Assembly: GCA_963806225.1 (NCBI GenBank)
Contig: CAWDXG010000004.1
Span: forward strand, 192,001-256,000
Direction of reading: 5' to 3'
DNA: 64,000 bases
DNA from: an uncultured delta proteobacterium
GTDB lineage: Bacteria; Myxococcota_A; Polyangia; Polyangiales; Polyangiaceae
This document shows, piece by piece, positions 9,889 to 22,149 of the stretch. The notes beneath the pieces were generated by a model. The model was not told the DNA's origin. It was given only the letters and a program-made list of their open reading frames with translations, and ran no database searches. The position numbers and the translations under genes are program-made. Numbering within the stretch: position 1 is the stretch's first letter; each line of letters begins with the position of its first letter.

Positions 9889-12318
9889 ATGCTCCCCTCC
9901 GCGCCGGACGGGTCGCCGCTCACAGCCGTGCTCGGGCCGACCAACACGGGCAAGACGCACCGCGCGGTGGAGCGCATGCTCGTCCACGACAGCGGGATGA
10001 TCGGCCTGCCGCTCAGGCTCCTTGCACGCGAGATCTACGATCGCGTCACGCGCCGCCTGGGCGAAGCCGAGGTGGCGCTCGTAACCGGCGAGGAGCGACG
10101 CATCCCGGCCCGCCCGCGCTACTGGGTGTGCACCGTCGAGGCCATGCCGGTCGAACGCGAGGTGGACTTCCTCGCGGTGGACGAGATCCAGCTCGCGACG
10201 CATGCGGAGCGCGGCCACGTGTTCACCGACCGGCTGCTGAACGCTCGCGGCCGGCTCGAGACCTGGTTCATGGGCGCCGACACCATGCGTCCGGTGCTGC
10301 AGCAGCTCTTGCCCACGATCCGCATCGCGGGCCATCCGCGGCTATCCAGGCTGAGCTGCCGGGGCCACAGCTCGCTGGCCGCGCTCAAACCGCGCAGCGC
10401 GGTCGTAGCGTTCAGCGCACCGCGCGTCTACGAACTCGCCGAGCGGCTGAGAGTACGGCGTGGCGGCGCAGCGGTGGTGCTAGGCGCGCTCTCGCCGCGC
10501 GCGCGCAACCAGCAGGTCGCGCTCTACGAGTCCGGCGAGGTCGACTACATGGTGGCCACCGATGCCATCGGTATGGGCCTGAACATGGACGTCCGGCACG
10601 TCGCCTTTGCCGACCTCGCCAAGTTCGATGGGCGCGAAACCCGCCCGCTGGAAGCCGCCGAGCTTGCGCAGATCGCCGGGCGCGCCGGCAGATATCTCGA
10701 CGACGGCAGCTTCGGCACGCTCTCCCCTCTGCCCCCGCTGGATGAACGCCTGGTCCGTGCGATCGAGATGCACCATTTCCCCGTGGTGCGCCGCCTGGTC
10801 TGGCGAAACAGCGATCTGGATCTCTCCTCGGTGGACGCCCTGTGCGCGTCGCTCTCGGAGCGACCGCGTTCCGGGCTGCTCCGGCTCGTGGAGCGGACCG
10901 AGGATCACAGCGCGCTTGTCGCGCTCGCGTCGCGGCCCACGATCCGGCGACGGGCGCAGGGCCGCGACGCGGTGTCGCTCTTGTGGGACGTGTGCCGCAT
11001 TCCGGATTTCCGCCAGCTCTTGTTCGATCACCACGTGGAGCTGCTCGGCGAGCTGTTCCAGCAGCTGTCCGGTCTGCACGGTCGGCTCGATCCCGACTTC
11101 ATAGCCGAGCGGGTCGGACGCATCGACGACATGCAGGGTGACATCGAGACACTGATGATGCGCATGGCGTTCGTCCGCACCTGGACCTACGTGAGCCACC
11201 GCGAAACCTGGCTCGACGACGCGCGCCACTGGCAGGAGCGCACCCGGTCGATCGAGGACCGGCTGAGCGACGCGCTGCACCAGCGGCTTGTCGCTCGCTT
11301 CGTCGACGACACGCAGAAGACGGCCCAGCCGCGTGCGCGTCCCCGCGGCCGCCGCCCGCCAGAGAGCCCGGCGGAGGACCAGCGACGACCAGAAGGTCCC
11401 TTCGCGCAGCTCTTCGAGCTACGGCAGAAGATGCGGGATCCACTGCCAGCCGCCGAGAGTGGAAGCGACTGGCTCGAGGAGCTGCTCGAGGCGCCCCACG
11501 AGCGCTTCACGCTGGACACCGACGGTCGCATCCTCGACGGCGATCTGGTGCTCGGGCGCATGATCCGCGGCGCCGATCTGCTCCGGCCCGAGGTGTCGCT
11601 CACGCTCGACGACAGCATCGGCAGTGGCGCCCGCTCGCGGATCCAGCGCCGCCTGGTCGCGTGGACCCGCGATCTCGTATCGTCCACGCTCGCGCCGCTG
11701 AGGAGCGAGGGCGTGACCCAGCTGTCCGGGTCGGGGCGCGGACTGGTCTACCAGCTCGAGCAGAACCTGGGCACCGTCGAGACGGCGCAGGCGCGAGCCC
11801 AGCTCGCGACTCTGTCGCCAGACGACCGGCGCCTCCTCGGGCAGGTCGGCGTGCTGCTGGGCAAGCGCCTGGTCTACGTCAGGCGCCTGCTCGAGCCTTC
11901 CGCCGTCAGGAGCCGCGTCGCGCTGTGCTCGGCGTGGCTCGGGCTGCGCACACGGATCGCGCTGCCGCTGCCGGGCGCCGAATCGCTACCGGCCCAGCGC
12001 GATCTGGATGCAGCCGCGCACCTCGCCATCGGCTATCCACGCTTCGGTCCGCGCGCTATCCGCGCGGACACCGCCGAGCGTGTCGCGCGCCAGCTCCACC
12101 ATGCCGCGCGCCGCGGCGCCTTCGGTCCGCCGGACGGGTTGGCAGCGCGCTTCGAGTGCAACGACAGTGAACTTTGCGCGGTAATCGAGGCGTTCGGCTA
12201 TCGCAGGGTCAAGGGCGGCCAGTTCGCGGCGCGGGGCCGGCCGCATCCCCGGCGCCGGAGCCGGCGCCGCAAGCGGCCCGCCGCGGCAGCTCCGCCGCCG
12301 GACGCGGGCACGGACTGA
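9889..12318 (+). CDS. SUV3/MgpS-like superfamily 2 helicase
   Basis: AVLGPTNTGKT, GLPLRLLARE, DEIQ, ATDAIGMGLN, QIAGRAGR. Confidence 0.9.
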   Translation: MLPSAPDGSPLTAVLGPTNTGKTHRAVERMLVHDSGMIGLPLRLLAREIYDRVTRRLGEAEVALVTGEERRIPARPRYWVCTVEAMPVEREVDFLAVDEIQLATHAERGHVFTDRLLNARGRLETWFMGADTMRPVLQQLLPTIRIAGHPRLSRLSCRGHSSLAALKPRSAVVAFSAPRVYELAERLRVRRGGAAVVLGALSPRARNQQVALYESGEVDYMVATDAIGMGLNMDVRHVAFADLAKFDGRETRPLEAAELAQIAGRAGRYLDDGSFGTLSPLPPLDERLVRAIEMHHFPVVRRLVWRNSDLDLSSVDALCASLSERPRSGLLRLVERTEDHSALVALASRPTIRRRAQGRDAVSLLWDVCRIPDFRQLLFDHHVELLGELFQQLSGLHGRLDPDFIAERVGRIDDMQGDIETLMMRMAFVRTWTYVSHRETWLDDARHWQERTRSIEDRLSDALHQRLVARFVDDTQKTAQPRARPRGRRPPESPAEDQRRPEGPFAQLFELRQKMRDPLPAAESGSDWLEELLEAPHERFTLDTDGRILDGDLVLGRMIRGADLLRPEVSLTLDDSIGSGARSRIQRRLVAWTRDLVSSTLAPLRSEGVTQLSGSGRGLVYQLEQNLGTVETAQARAQLATLSPDDRRLLGQVGVLLGKRLVYVRRLLEPSAVRSRVALCSAWLGLRTRIALPLPGAESLPAQRDLDAAAHLAIGYPRFGPRAIRADTAERVARQLHHAARRGAFGPPDGLAARFECNDSELCAVIEAFGYRRVKGGQFAARGRPHPRRRSRRRKRPAAAAPPPDAGTD

Positions 12319-12342
12319 CGCCCCGCCGATCCGCTGCAGCTC

Positions 12343-13845
12343 TCAGGCGACGGCGCTGTCGCGGCCCGCATTGGCGAGCTGTTCGGCCGCGCGCCAGACC
12401 ACGGTCATGATCGAGTGCTGCGGGTTCACGCCGAGGTTCGTCGGGAACGCGCTCGCGTCCATGACGTACAGACCCGGAAGCTCGTGGCTCTGCAGATCCG
12501 GTCCCACAACGCTGCGCCGCGGATCGGCGCCTGCACAGGCAGTGCCGAAAAGGTGCGAGGCCATCATGTGGAAGTCCGCGCGGCCGAGCTCCGCACGCTC
12601 GAGCGCATCGACCTCGGAGACATCGTGGAGCACCTCCGGAGCGTGACCGAGGCCCGGGAAGACCTCCGTCGCGCCCGCCGCGAACATCATGCGGCAGATG
12701 AGAGCGAGCGCCCGCTGCATCGTGCGGAGGTCTCGATCGAGCGGCTCGTAGCGCACGACGGGCTTGCCGCCCCAGCCGGCGCTGACGCGACCGAGCGCGC
12801 CCATTCGCACCTGCACGACCCATTGCGCGTAGTGGTTCAGCTCGCCGAGCCGGGCCTGCCATTCGCCTCCGACGCCGGGCAATCTGAGAGCGAGCAACTC
12901 GGGCGGCAGCGACAACGACTCGATCTTGAAACCCTGCGCGCGCATCGGCACTTCGTAGCCCTGCGTTGCCCCGAAACCCATGTTGATGACATCGGGGAAG
13001 CGTCCCACGACGGCCGAGCCCGGGTGCGCCTGGAAGCGCTGGCCCACCATGCCGCGGAGCCCGCTCTTCAGCAGGATCACCGGCGTGTGCACCGCTCCCG
13101 CGGCCATGATCACGCCTCGGCGCGCGCGCGCCTCGAAGCGACCGACCGGGTGCCCGCTGCCCTTGTCCAGCACCGCGCCGCCGACGCCGATCGCGCGGCC
13201 GTCTTCGCGCAGTACCTTCTGCGCGCGGCACAGGGCGTGCAGCCGGGCGCCGTGCGCGATGGAGCGCGGGATGTACGACACGTCCATGCTCTGGCGCGCT
13301 TCTTCCGGACAACCCTGCAGACAGCGCGCGCGACCCTTGCAGCGCCGGGCGTTGCGCGTGATGGGCTTGCCGGGAAGGCCGAGCGCGCGGCACGCTTCCT
13401 CCATCTTGTGCGCGTTGTCGCCGCGCACCTCGGGAGCCGTCACGTCGACCTCGAGCTCGTCCTCGAGGATGTCGTAGATGCGCATCTGCTCCGCCTCGTC
13501 GACCAGATCGCCGAGCCCGAACTCGCGCGTCCAGTGCTCGCGCACGTCGTCGGGCATACGCCAGATAATGCCGGAGTTGATGGCCGTGCTGCCGCCGACC
13601 AGCTTGCCCTGGAGCAGCGGAATGGGCGTCGCGCCCACGGTGGACTGGGTGCCCATGTCGCGAACGGCAATGCTCATCGCGCCGAGCAGATCCGTCGGGC
13701 GCTCGGAGGCGGCCAGCTCCGGCCCTTCCTCGAGCATCACCACCTCGTAGCCCGCTTCGCTCAGGACCCGCGCCGCCGTGGCACCGCCGGCGCCGGTGCC
13801 GACGATCACGAAGTCGGCCTCTTCCTCGAGGACCAGGCGGGTCAT
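12343..13845 (-). CDS. GMC family FAD oxidoreductase (long-chain alcohol oxidase-like)
   Basis: IVGTGAGG FAD motif, GKLVGGSTAINS, SHLFGTA, DASAFPTNLGVNPQ; start overlaps the upstream gene stop (ATGA). Confidence 0.9.
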   Translation of the reverse strand: MTRLVLEEEADFVIVGTGAGGATAARVLSEAGYEVVMLEEGPELAASERPTDLLGAMSIAVRDMGTQSTVGATPIPLLQGKLVGGSTAINSGIIWRMPDDVREHWTREFGLGDLVDEAEQMRIYDILEDELEVDVTAPEVRGDNAHKMEEACRALGLPGKPITRNARRCKGRARCLQGCPEEARQSMDVSYIPRSIAHGARLHALCRAQKVLREDGRAIGVGGAVLDKGSGHPVGRFEARARRGVIMAAGAVHTPVILLKSGLRGMVGQRFQAHPGSAVVGRFPDVINMGFGATQGYEVPMRAQGFKIESLSLPPELLALRLPGVGGEWQARLGELNHYAQWVVQVRMGALGRVSAGWGGKPVVRYEPLDRDLRTMQRALALICRMMFAAGATEVFPGLGHAPEVLHDVSEVDALERAELGRADFHMMASHLFGTACAGADPRRSVVGPDLQSHELPGLYVMDASAFPTNLGVNPQHSIMTVVWRAAEQLANAGRDSAVA

Positions 13846-14276
13846 TCGGCGGCCTCTTCGGCAGGCAGGAGCAACGGCAGCCGGCGCGAACCGTTCTCGT
13901 CGTGGTCGTAGTGGGAGCGTTCGCGCAACGCGCAGGCGGCGAACATCGCCAGACAGGCGCTCATCTTCAGGAAGAACGCAATCTCGCGCACGATGTAGAA
14001 CCGATGCGACAGCATGCGTTCGAGGATCTCCGTGCGGCGCTCGGCACTGATGCTTGTGAACGTGCGCAGCCTGCCGAACAGCCACAGCGGCGCCAGCGCC
14101 GTCAGCCACAGCGCCAGCCTGAGACCGATCGCCGCCTGGCGGGTCGACGCGTGCATCATGCGGCGCACGGCGCCCACGTAGTCGACCTCGCCCTGCGCGG
14201 GCGCGATGCCTGGGCCGCCTTCCGGAGCGAAGCCCGCGAGTACGGCCGTCGCCCATCGTTCCTCGAAAGCCAACAT
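13842..14276 (-). CDS. Hypothetical protein, probable small partner of the GMC oxidoreductase
   Basis: Operon position between regulator and GMC gene; RTFTSISAERRTEILE resembles small flavoprotein-associated subunits (inference). Confidence 0.65.
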   Translation of the reverse strand: MLAFEERWATAVLAGFAPEGGPGIAPAQGEVDYVGAVRRMMHASTRQAAIGLRLALWLTALAPLWLFGRLRTFTSISAERRTEILERMLSHRFYIVREIAFFLKMSACLAMFAACALRERSHYDHDENGSRRLPLLLPAEEAAE

Positions 14277-14281
14277 GATGT

Positions 14282-15112
14282 TCAGTCCTCTCTCCGGGCG
14301 CCGGTCGTGTCCGGGTCCGGGTCAATGTCGGTTGCTGCGGCCGCCTGCGCGTCGTCGGTGGCAGCCGGGGTCGTTTCGTCGTCCGCGGACGCCACGGCGC
14401 TGCGAATGCGCGAGAGCGTCGCGTTGTCGAGCCGGTCGAGGATGCGGCCGGCGATGCGCACCACGCGCTTCGGATCCCGCTCGGCCATCAGCTCGACCAG
14501 CCGCTCGTAGACCATCATCGTCTGCGGCGCGTTCGACTGGAACGCCATCTGGAAGCCGGGGTTGTTGGCGATCAGGCGGACGACGGTGTTGTAGAGCAGC
14601 TCCAGGGCCAGGTTGCGGCCGGCGCGCACCATCAAGCGCGCGAAATGCAGATCCGCGAGCATGAAGCCTTCAGGATCGTCGAGCAGCTGCGCCTGCTTTC
14701 CTACGTGCTCTCTGAGCTCGGCGAGCTCCGCGTCGGTCGCGCGCTCCGTGACGAAGCCGAGCAGATCGACCGCGACCATGCGCCGGAGCTCCAGCAGATC
14801 CGCCAGGAGCTCCACCGGGACGGTGCCGCCAGCGAGCTGCTGCGAGGCCAGGTAGCCGAGCAGGTCGACGCCGCCGCTCTCGCGGAAGTCGAGCACCCGC
14901 GTTCCGGAGCCGTGCACCGAGCGCAGCAGCCCCTCCGTCTCGAGCCGCGCGATCGCCGAGCGCAGCGTGAGCCGACTGACGCCGAGCTGTTCGGACAACG
15001 CCCGCTCGCCGGGCAGCGCGCTGCCGGCCGGCAAGCGACCGCGCAGGATCTCGGCGCGGAGCCAGTCCGCCGTCGTCTCGACGGCGCGCTTGCGGTTGTT
15101 GGCAGCAGCCAT
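14282..15112 (-). CDS. GntR/FadR family transcriptional regulator
   Basis: N-terminal wHTH LPGERALSEQLGVSRLTLRSAIARLETEGLL...HGSGTRV; FCD-like C-terminus with DLHFA. Confidence 0.92.
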   Translation of the reverse strand: MAAANNRKRAVETTADWLRAEILRGRLPAGSALPGERALSEQLGVSRLTLRSAIARLETEGLLRSVHGSGTRVLDFRESGGVDLLGYLASQQLAGGTVPVELLADLLELRRMVAVDLLGFVTERATDAELAELREHVGKQAQLLDDPEGFMLADLHFARLMVRAGRNLALELLYNTVVRLIANNPGFQMAFQSNAPQTMMVYERLVELMAERDPKRVVRIAGRILDRLDNATLSRIRSAVASADDETTPAATDDAQAAAATDIDPDPDTTGARRED

Positions 15113-15123
15113 GGTTGGACTCC

Positions 15124-15244
15124 AGCTGGTTCAACCAACTGGTATTTCCAGTTGGCGCTACTGGTATTACCACTCACAGGAGCTACCGCAAACAGTATTT
15201 CGCACCTGCTCGAAGAATTTTATAACAGCTGGTAATTCCCAGCT
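15124..15244. promoter_or_regulatory. Cluster of FadR-type palindromic operators (TGGT-N3-ACCA-like)
   Basis: AGCTGGTTCAACCAACT (15124-15140), CCAACTGGTATTTCCAGTTGG (15135-15155), ACTGGTATTACCACT (15160-15174), AGCTGGTAATTCCCAGCT (15227-15244), in an AT-rich gap directly upstream of the FadR-family gene. Confidence 0.75.
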
Positions 15245-15315
15245 TTTTTGATTGTAGCAGGTGCGTAGTTCAACGGACCCGTGGCGCCGGCCCGTGATTC
15301 GATCATGTTCTAGAG

Positions 15316-16251
15316 GTGAAGACTGGTCCCGTCGCGAGGCTGCTGTGGGTCCTCGGCGCTGCCTTGGTCGTCGCTGCGCTCGGCGCGGGCTGGCTCCTCC
15401 AGCGGTCCCGCGAGCGGGTGCGCTCGCTCGACGCGGCGGCCAGGAACTACGTCGAGTGGATCCGCGCTGGCGACCCACGCGCCGGCGTCGAGTTGGGGGC
15501 CGAACGTCGTTTTGCCCGCGCGCTCGGCGTCCTCGCCGACAGCGCGGAGCACGACAGCTGGCACAGCGATGCCGGCCGTGCCATCCGCAGGACGCTCGCC
15601 GCACGCCTCGCCACATCCAACCTGGGCCCGACGCTCGATCCCTCCGCGCTGCGGCTGGACGATGCCAGCTGGCTCTGTGACCCGGCCACGGCCTGCACGC
15701 GCCGCCAAGCGCGCGAGCTGGAGCGTGCGCTGCGCCGGCTCGACGGCGCGCTCGCGACGCGCCGCGCGAAGCTGCACCTCGCTGGCTCGGCGCTACTGCT
15801 CGGCGGTGCGACGCCGCCGCCGCTGGCGCGACCGGTTCCGATCCGGGGCTCCGATCTCGTCGCTTCGTGGCTGGGCACGAATGCGTGGGGGCAGCTGCTG
15901 CGCTCGCGCCCACCGCACGCGCTGGATTTCCCCGACGGCCATCACCTGGCGCTGGAAGCCCACACGGGGAGCATCTGGGCCACGACCTGGACGGACAGCT
16001 CGCCGCGGCGCGGTCCGCTGCGGATCGCGGAAGTGCCGCCCGTGGAGTGCGGCCGCGAACCGCCGCTGTCCTCCGAACGCCCCACCGCGCGCTGCCGCGA
16101 GGTCGCGATCACGGCCATGGTGGCGACACGCGGCGGCCGCGTGGCGGTCAAGCTGCTCCGCACCAACGTGGACTTCGTGTCGGAGCTGCTGCTCGTGTCG
16201 GCGGACTACGGGCAGAGCTGGCAGCCGCAGAAGCCGCGCGCGATCCGTTGA
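15316..16251 (+). CDS. Hypothetical protein with N-terminal membrane anchor
   Basis: N-terminal hydrophobic helix; C-terminal SADYGQSW (BNR/Asp-box-like). Confidence 0.55.
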   Translation: MKTGPVARLLWVLGAALVVAALGAGWLLQRSRERVRSLDAAARNYVEWIRAGDPRAGVELGAERRFARALGVLADSAEHDSWHSDAGRAIRRTLAARLATSNLGPTLDPSALRLDDASWLCDPATACTRRQARELERALRRLDGALATRRAKLHLAGSALLLGGATPPPLARPVPIRGSDLVASWLGTNAWGQLLRSRPPHALDFPDGHHLALEAHTGSIWATTWTDSSPRRGPLRIAEVPPVECGREPPLSSERPTARCREVAITAMVATRGGRVAVKLLRTNVDFVSELLLVSADYGQSWQPQKPRAIR

Positions 16252-16252
16252 G

Positions 16253-16546
16253 CTACGCGCGATCGCCGGCGCGACGGCCGCGCGTGCGCCGCTCGCCGCC
16301 GGGCGGATTGTCGTCGCCGGCACGTCGCGGAACCAGCGAGCGCTGTCCCGGGAACGGCTCGCTGAAGTGTGCGCGGATCTCGGCCAGAGTACGCGTACCG
16401 TGCGCGATCGCCTCGTCGGCGTGCTCCAGGCATAGCGTGACCACACGCTCGTTGACCACGACGCGGAACGTGCCGTTCGCGGCCAACGTCACGAGCGCTC
16501 CGGTGGATTCACTCAGGCTCTGGCAGACTTCGCACGCTCGACCCAT
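16253..16546 (-). CDS. Small hypothetical protein with CxxC...CxxH motif
   Basis: MGRACEVCQ...TLCLEHA, Arg-rich C-terminus; 3' part of ORF 16253..18160. Confidence 0.55.
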   Translation of the reverse strand: MGRACEVCQSLSESTGALVTLAANGTFRVVVNERVVTLCLEHADEAIAHGTRTLAEIRAHFSEPFPGQRSLVPRRAGDDNPPGGERRTRGRRAGDRA

Positions 16547-16602
16547 GACCCGCGCACTTTCGACGAACTGGCGGAGCCGGGCCAAGTTTCCGCCGGTCGC
16601 CG

Positions 16603-19491
16603 TCAACCGAGCAGTGCCAGCAGATCCTCGCGGGTGATCTGCTGGGCTTGCGTGGCGCCCCCCAGCGCGGCGTCGGCGAGAGCGCGTTTCTTCTCCTGCA
16701 GCGCCAGGATCCCCTCCTCCACTGTCCCGCGAGCGACCACGCGGTAGACCATCACGGGGCGATCCTGGCCGATGCGATGGGCGCGATCGGCAGCCTGGTC
16801 CTCGGCGGCAGGGTTCCACCAGGGGTCCATGAGGAAGACGTGATCGGCAGCGGTGAGGTTGAGACCGGTGCCGCCAGCTTTGAGCGAGGCGAGCAGTACG
16901 GGCGGGCCGCTCTCCGACTGGAACGCGGAGACAACTCCGGCGCGATCGTGGGTCGAACCGTCCAGACGTGTGAACGCGATGCCGGCGTCGTCGAGCGCCG
17001 GCTCGATGCGGTCGAGCAGCGAGGTCCACTGCGAGAACACCAGCGCCTTGTGGCCGTCCGCGGCGGCGTCTTCGAGTGCCTCTCGCAGGGCTTCGACCTT
17101 CGAGCTGGTGTCCGCTTCCTGGCCGGGCACGAGACCGCTGTGACACGCCGCCTGTCGCATCCGGAGCAATGCCTCCAGAGCCGCCAGCACGCTGCCGCCC
17201 TGCGCGAGCTGCGAGATGACCTCGCGCCGCGAGGCCGCGCGCACGGCTTCGTAGACATCGCGCTCGCGCTCGTCGAGCTCGACATGCAGCACGATGTCGC
17301 TGCGCGGCGGCAGCTCCGGCGCGACGTCGCGCTTCAACCGGCGGAGCACGAACGGCTTCACGCGTTGCCTGAGCCGTTCGGTGGCCGCCGCGTCGCCCAT
17401 ACCGATGGGTCGCGCATAACGATCGTCGAAGTCGCCGCGCCCACCGAGCAGGCCGGGGTTGGCGAAATGCATCAGGCTCCAGAGCTCTTCCAGGCGGTTC
17501 TCGACCGGGGTGCCGCTCATTGCGAGCCGGAACGGCGCTTCGAGCCGGTAGGCCGCGCGCGCGACCTGGCTGTCGGGATTCTTGATCGCCTGCGCCTCGT
17601 CCAGCACCACACTGTCCCACGACTCGGCTGCCAACTGTTTGGTGTCGAGGCGCAGCAGCGGGTAGCTGGTAATCACGAGCTCCGCCGCCGCGTCCAGTTG
17701 GCGCTTCGGGCCGTGGTAGAGCGCCACACGCAGATCGGGGCGGAAACGCCGGGCCTCGGCTTCCCAGTTGAAGATCACGCTCTTCGGGCAGACCACCAGC
17801 GTGCGTCCGCGCACAGCGCACAGCGCCTGCAGCGTCTTGCCGAGGCCCATATCGTCGGCCAACACGCCGCCGAGTTCCGCGCGGCGCAGAAACGAGAGCC
17901 AGTCCACGCCGTGGCGCTGGTAGTGGCGCAGCGTCGCGGTGAGATCGGCGGGCAGCTCTGCATCCGGCAGCTCTGCGCCCTCCCGCAGCAGCGGCTCGAG
18001 CCGCTCGAAGCCGGGTGGGCGCGGCTGCTCCAGCTCGTCGGCCAGCGAGGCGAGCACGGGCAAAGCGACCGTCGGCACGCTGCCCTCGCCGCGCGCGGCG
18101 AGCAGATCGGCCACGCGGTCGCCGAAGCGCTCGAGCCAGTCCACCGGCAGTGGCGCCCACCCGCCTGTGTCGAGCGGGACCAGATCGAGCCCGTCGCGCC
18201 AGGCACGCAGCACGGCTTCCGGCGCGGCGCGGCCCGTCCGCTCGCCCTTCTCGCTTCCCGCGCTCTCGAACGTCAGCTCGAAATCGTCGCCGTCGACCAG
18301 CAGGCGGGCTACCAGCGCTTCGCGCCGCACCACGTGCGGATCGAGCGATTCTCCGGAAGCGCTCTGCCAGGCGCGGAGCCGCGCGGCGTAGCGCACCGCC
18401 TCGCGCCCGTCGAAGTTCACGCGCCGCCCCGGAACCAGATGCAGCTCGTCGCGCAGCCTGGCGAGCAACTCGCGCTCCTCGGCTTCGTCGCGTTTCGGCA
18501 CGGCGCCCGAAAGATGCACCAAGCGTTCGCCGTCGACGCGCGCGACGGGCGGGTCGCCGTAGACCAGCGTTGGCAGCACCGAGAGGGTGTGCTCTGCGTG
18601 CCCGATATCGAGCGCGATGCGCGGGCGCACGCTGCGCTCGCGCCCCGGCAGTTGCGCAGTGCGGATGTCCACCGGGATCTGCTTGTCGATTTCAGGCAGC
18701 ACGGTGCCGACCAGCTCGCCCAGCTCCGGACGCGTGAAGACACGCGAAAGGGGCAGGCGCTCGAGTCGCTCGCCCGTCAGCTCGGTGTGTCCGAGCGGGC
18801 GCAGCGTGTCGCCCGCGCGCCCGATCCCCTTGGCTACGACCGCGGCGAGCGCCGGGTCTGGATCGATGCGGAGCTCGACGCCGCTGTCGTGGTCCTGCAC
18901 CAGCGCCCGCGGCTCGAAGGGCTCGCTGGCGAGCTCTACCGGGTCGCCCTTCCAGCGCACGTGCAGAGAACCGGCAAGCAGCGCCACGACCGAGCCGCCG
19001 CGGTGCGGGACGCCGCGCGGGTTGGCTGCCAGCATGCGGTCCAGCGCCAGATCCTCGTGCGACGGCGAGAGCGAGGGCTCGGCCCCCAGCGACTTTTCCA
19101 GCCGCCGTTCGCCGTCCGGGTGGAGCACCCAGCGCTCGAGCACCAGGTTGCCGAAGCGATCCGCATCGAGGCGGTATTCGAGGCGCGCCACGGCACCCTC
19201 GGCCGAGGGCAGGACGCTGCCTGCCTTCCCTGCCCTGTCGAAGGCGATCGCCGCTGCCACGACGTGCGCGCACGGATCGGCCTTGTCGCCGCAATCGCAC
19301 GTCCACTCGATATCCGCCGGATACAGCACCGCGGTCGGCGGCACCGCGCGCCCGGGCGCCTTGACCCGGAACACCACCTCGTCGTCCGCCGAACGTTCAA
19401 CGAGCACAGCCTCGGCGCCGGCGAGCTTGTTGCCCTGCGCCCAGACGGCCGGCAGGCAGGCTTTGCGGATAGCGGCGAGGAGGTCGTTCAT
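16603..19491 (-). CDS. SWIM zinc finger + SNF2 family helicase
   Basis: WTCDC...PCAH (SWIM), [48 protein letters not shown]. Confidence 0.93.
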   Translation of the reverse strand: MNDLLAAIRKACLPAVWAQGNKLAGAEAVLVERSADDEVVFRVKAPGRAVPPTAVLYPADIEWTCDCGDKADPCAHVVAAAIAFDRAGKAGSVLPSAEGAVARLEYRLDADRFGNLVLERWVLHPDGERRLEKSLGAEPSLSPSHEDLALDRMLAANPRGVPHRGGSVVALLAGSLHVRWKGDPVELASEPFEPRALVQDHDSGVELRIDPDPALAAVVAKGIGRAGDTLRPLGHTELTGERLERLPLSRVFTRPELGELVGTVLPEIDKQIPVDIRTAQLPGRERSVRPRIALDIGHAEHTLSVLPTLVYGDPPVARVDGERLVHLSGAVPKRDEAEERELLARLRDELHLVPGRRVNFDGREAVRYAARLRAWQSASGESLDPHVVRREALVARLLVDGDDFELTFESAGSEKGERTGRAAPEAVLRAWRDGLDLVPLDTGGWAPLPVDWLERFGDRVADLLAARGEGSVPTVALPVLASLADELEQPRPPGFERLEPLLREGAELPDAELPADLTATLRHYQRHGVDWLSFLRRAELGGVLADDMGLGKTLQALCAVRGRTLVVCPKSVIFNWEAEARRFRPDLRVALYHGPKRQLDAAAELVITSYPLLRLDTKQLAAESWDSVVLDEAQAIKNPDSQVARAAYRLEAPFRLAMSGTPVENRLEELWSLMHFANPGLLGGRGDFDDRYARPIGMGDAAATERLRQRVKPFVLRRLKRDVAPELPPRSDIVLHVELDERERDVYEAVRAASRREVISQLAQGGSVLAALEALLRMRQAACHSGLVPGQEADTSSKVEALREALEDAAADGHKALVFSQWTSLLDRIEPALDDAGIAFTRLDGSTHDRAGVVSAFQSESGPPVLLASLKAGGTGLNLTAADHVFLMDPWWNPAAEDQAADRAHRIGQDRPVMVYRVVARGTVEEGILALQEKKRALADAALGGATQAQQITREDLLALLG

Positions 19492-19729
19492 TGTCGGATC
19501 GCGCGGACCTTGTAGCAGAGCGCCGGCGACCCGGCAGCCGCTGACCCGGGACGCGCTGGGTGTCCGCCCCGCGCCGTTCCGGCCGCGCCGCCCTCCGGCT
19601 GCCAGGACCCACCCACCTGAGCTCGATCCCGGGGCGGAAATCGCCAGGGGCTCGCCGATCAGGGCCGGGCGTCGTAGATTCCGCGGTCCGTGGCCCGAGG
19701 GCCGCGGATTTCCGACGACCCGGAGACCC

Positions 19730-22018
<2,289 letters not shown>

Positions 22019-22149
22019 CTCGCGCCCGAGCCGAAACGCGCTTGCGCGGCAGGCCCGATAGCCTACGCTGACGCTCGTGCGGGGCAATCGGCTACAGGCG
22101 GACCGCGCCGGTCTGCCCGAGGCTCTGTCAACCTAGGCCCGCCCGCGCC

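Noticed and set aside
16603..19491. SNF2 helicase as part of an anti-phage defence island
   Set aside because: SWIM-SNF2 architecture in housekeeping context with no nuclease, methylase or other defence genes adjacent.
18587..19729. 381-aa N-terminal extension of GlnRS in the ORF track
   Set aside because: Mostly antisense shadow of the SNF2 gene; GlnRS homology starts at ATG 19730.
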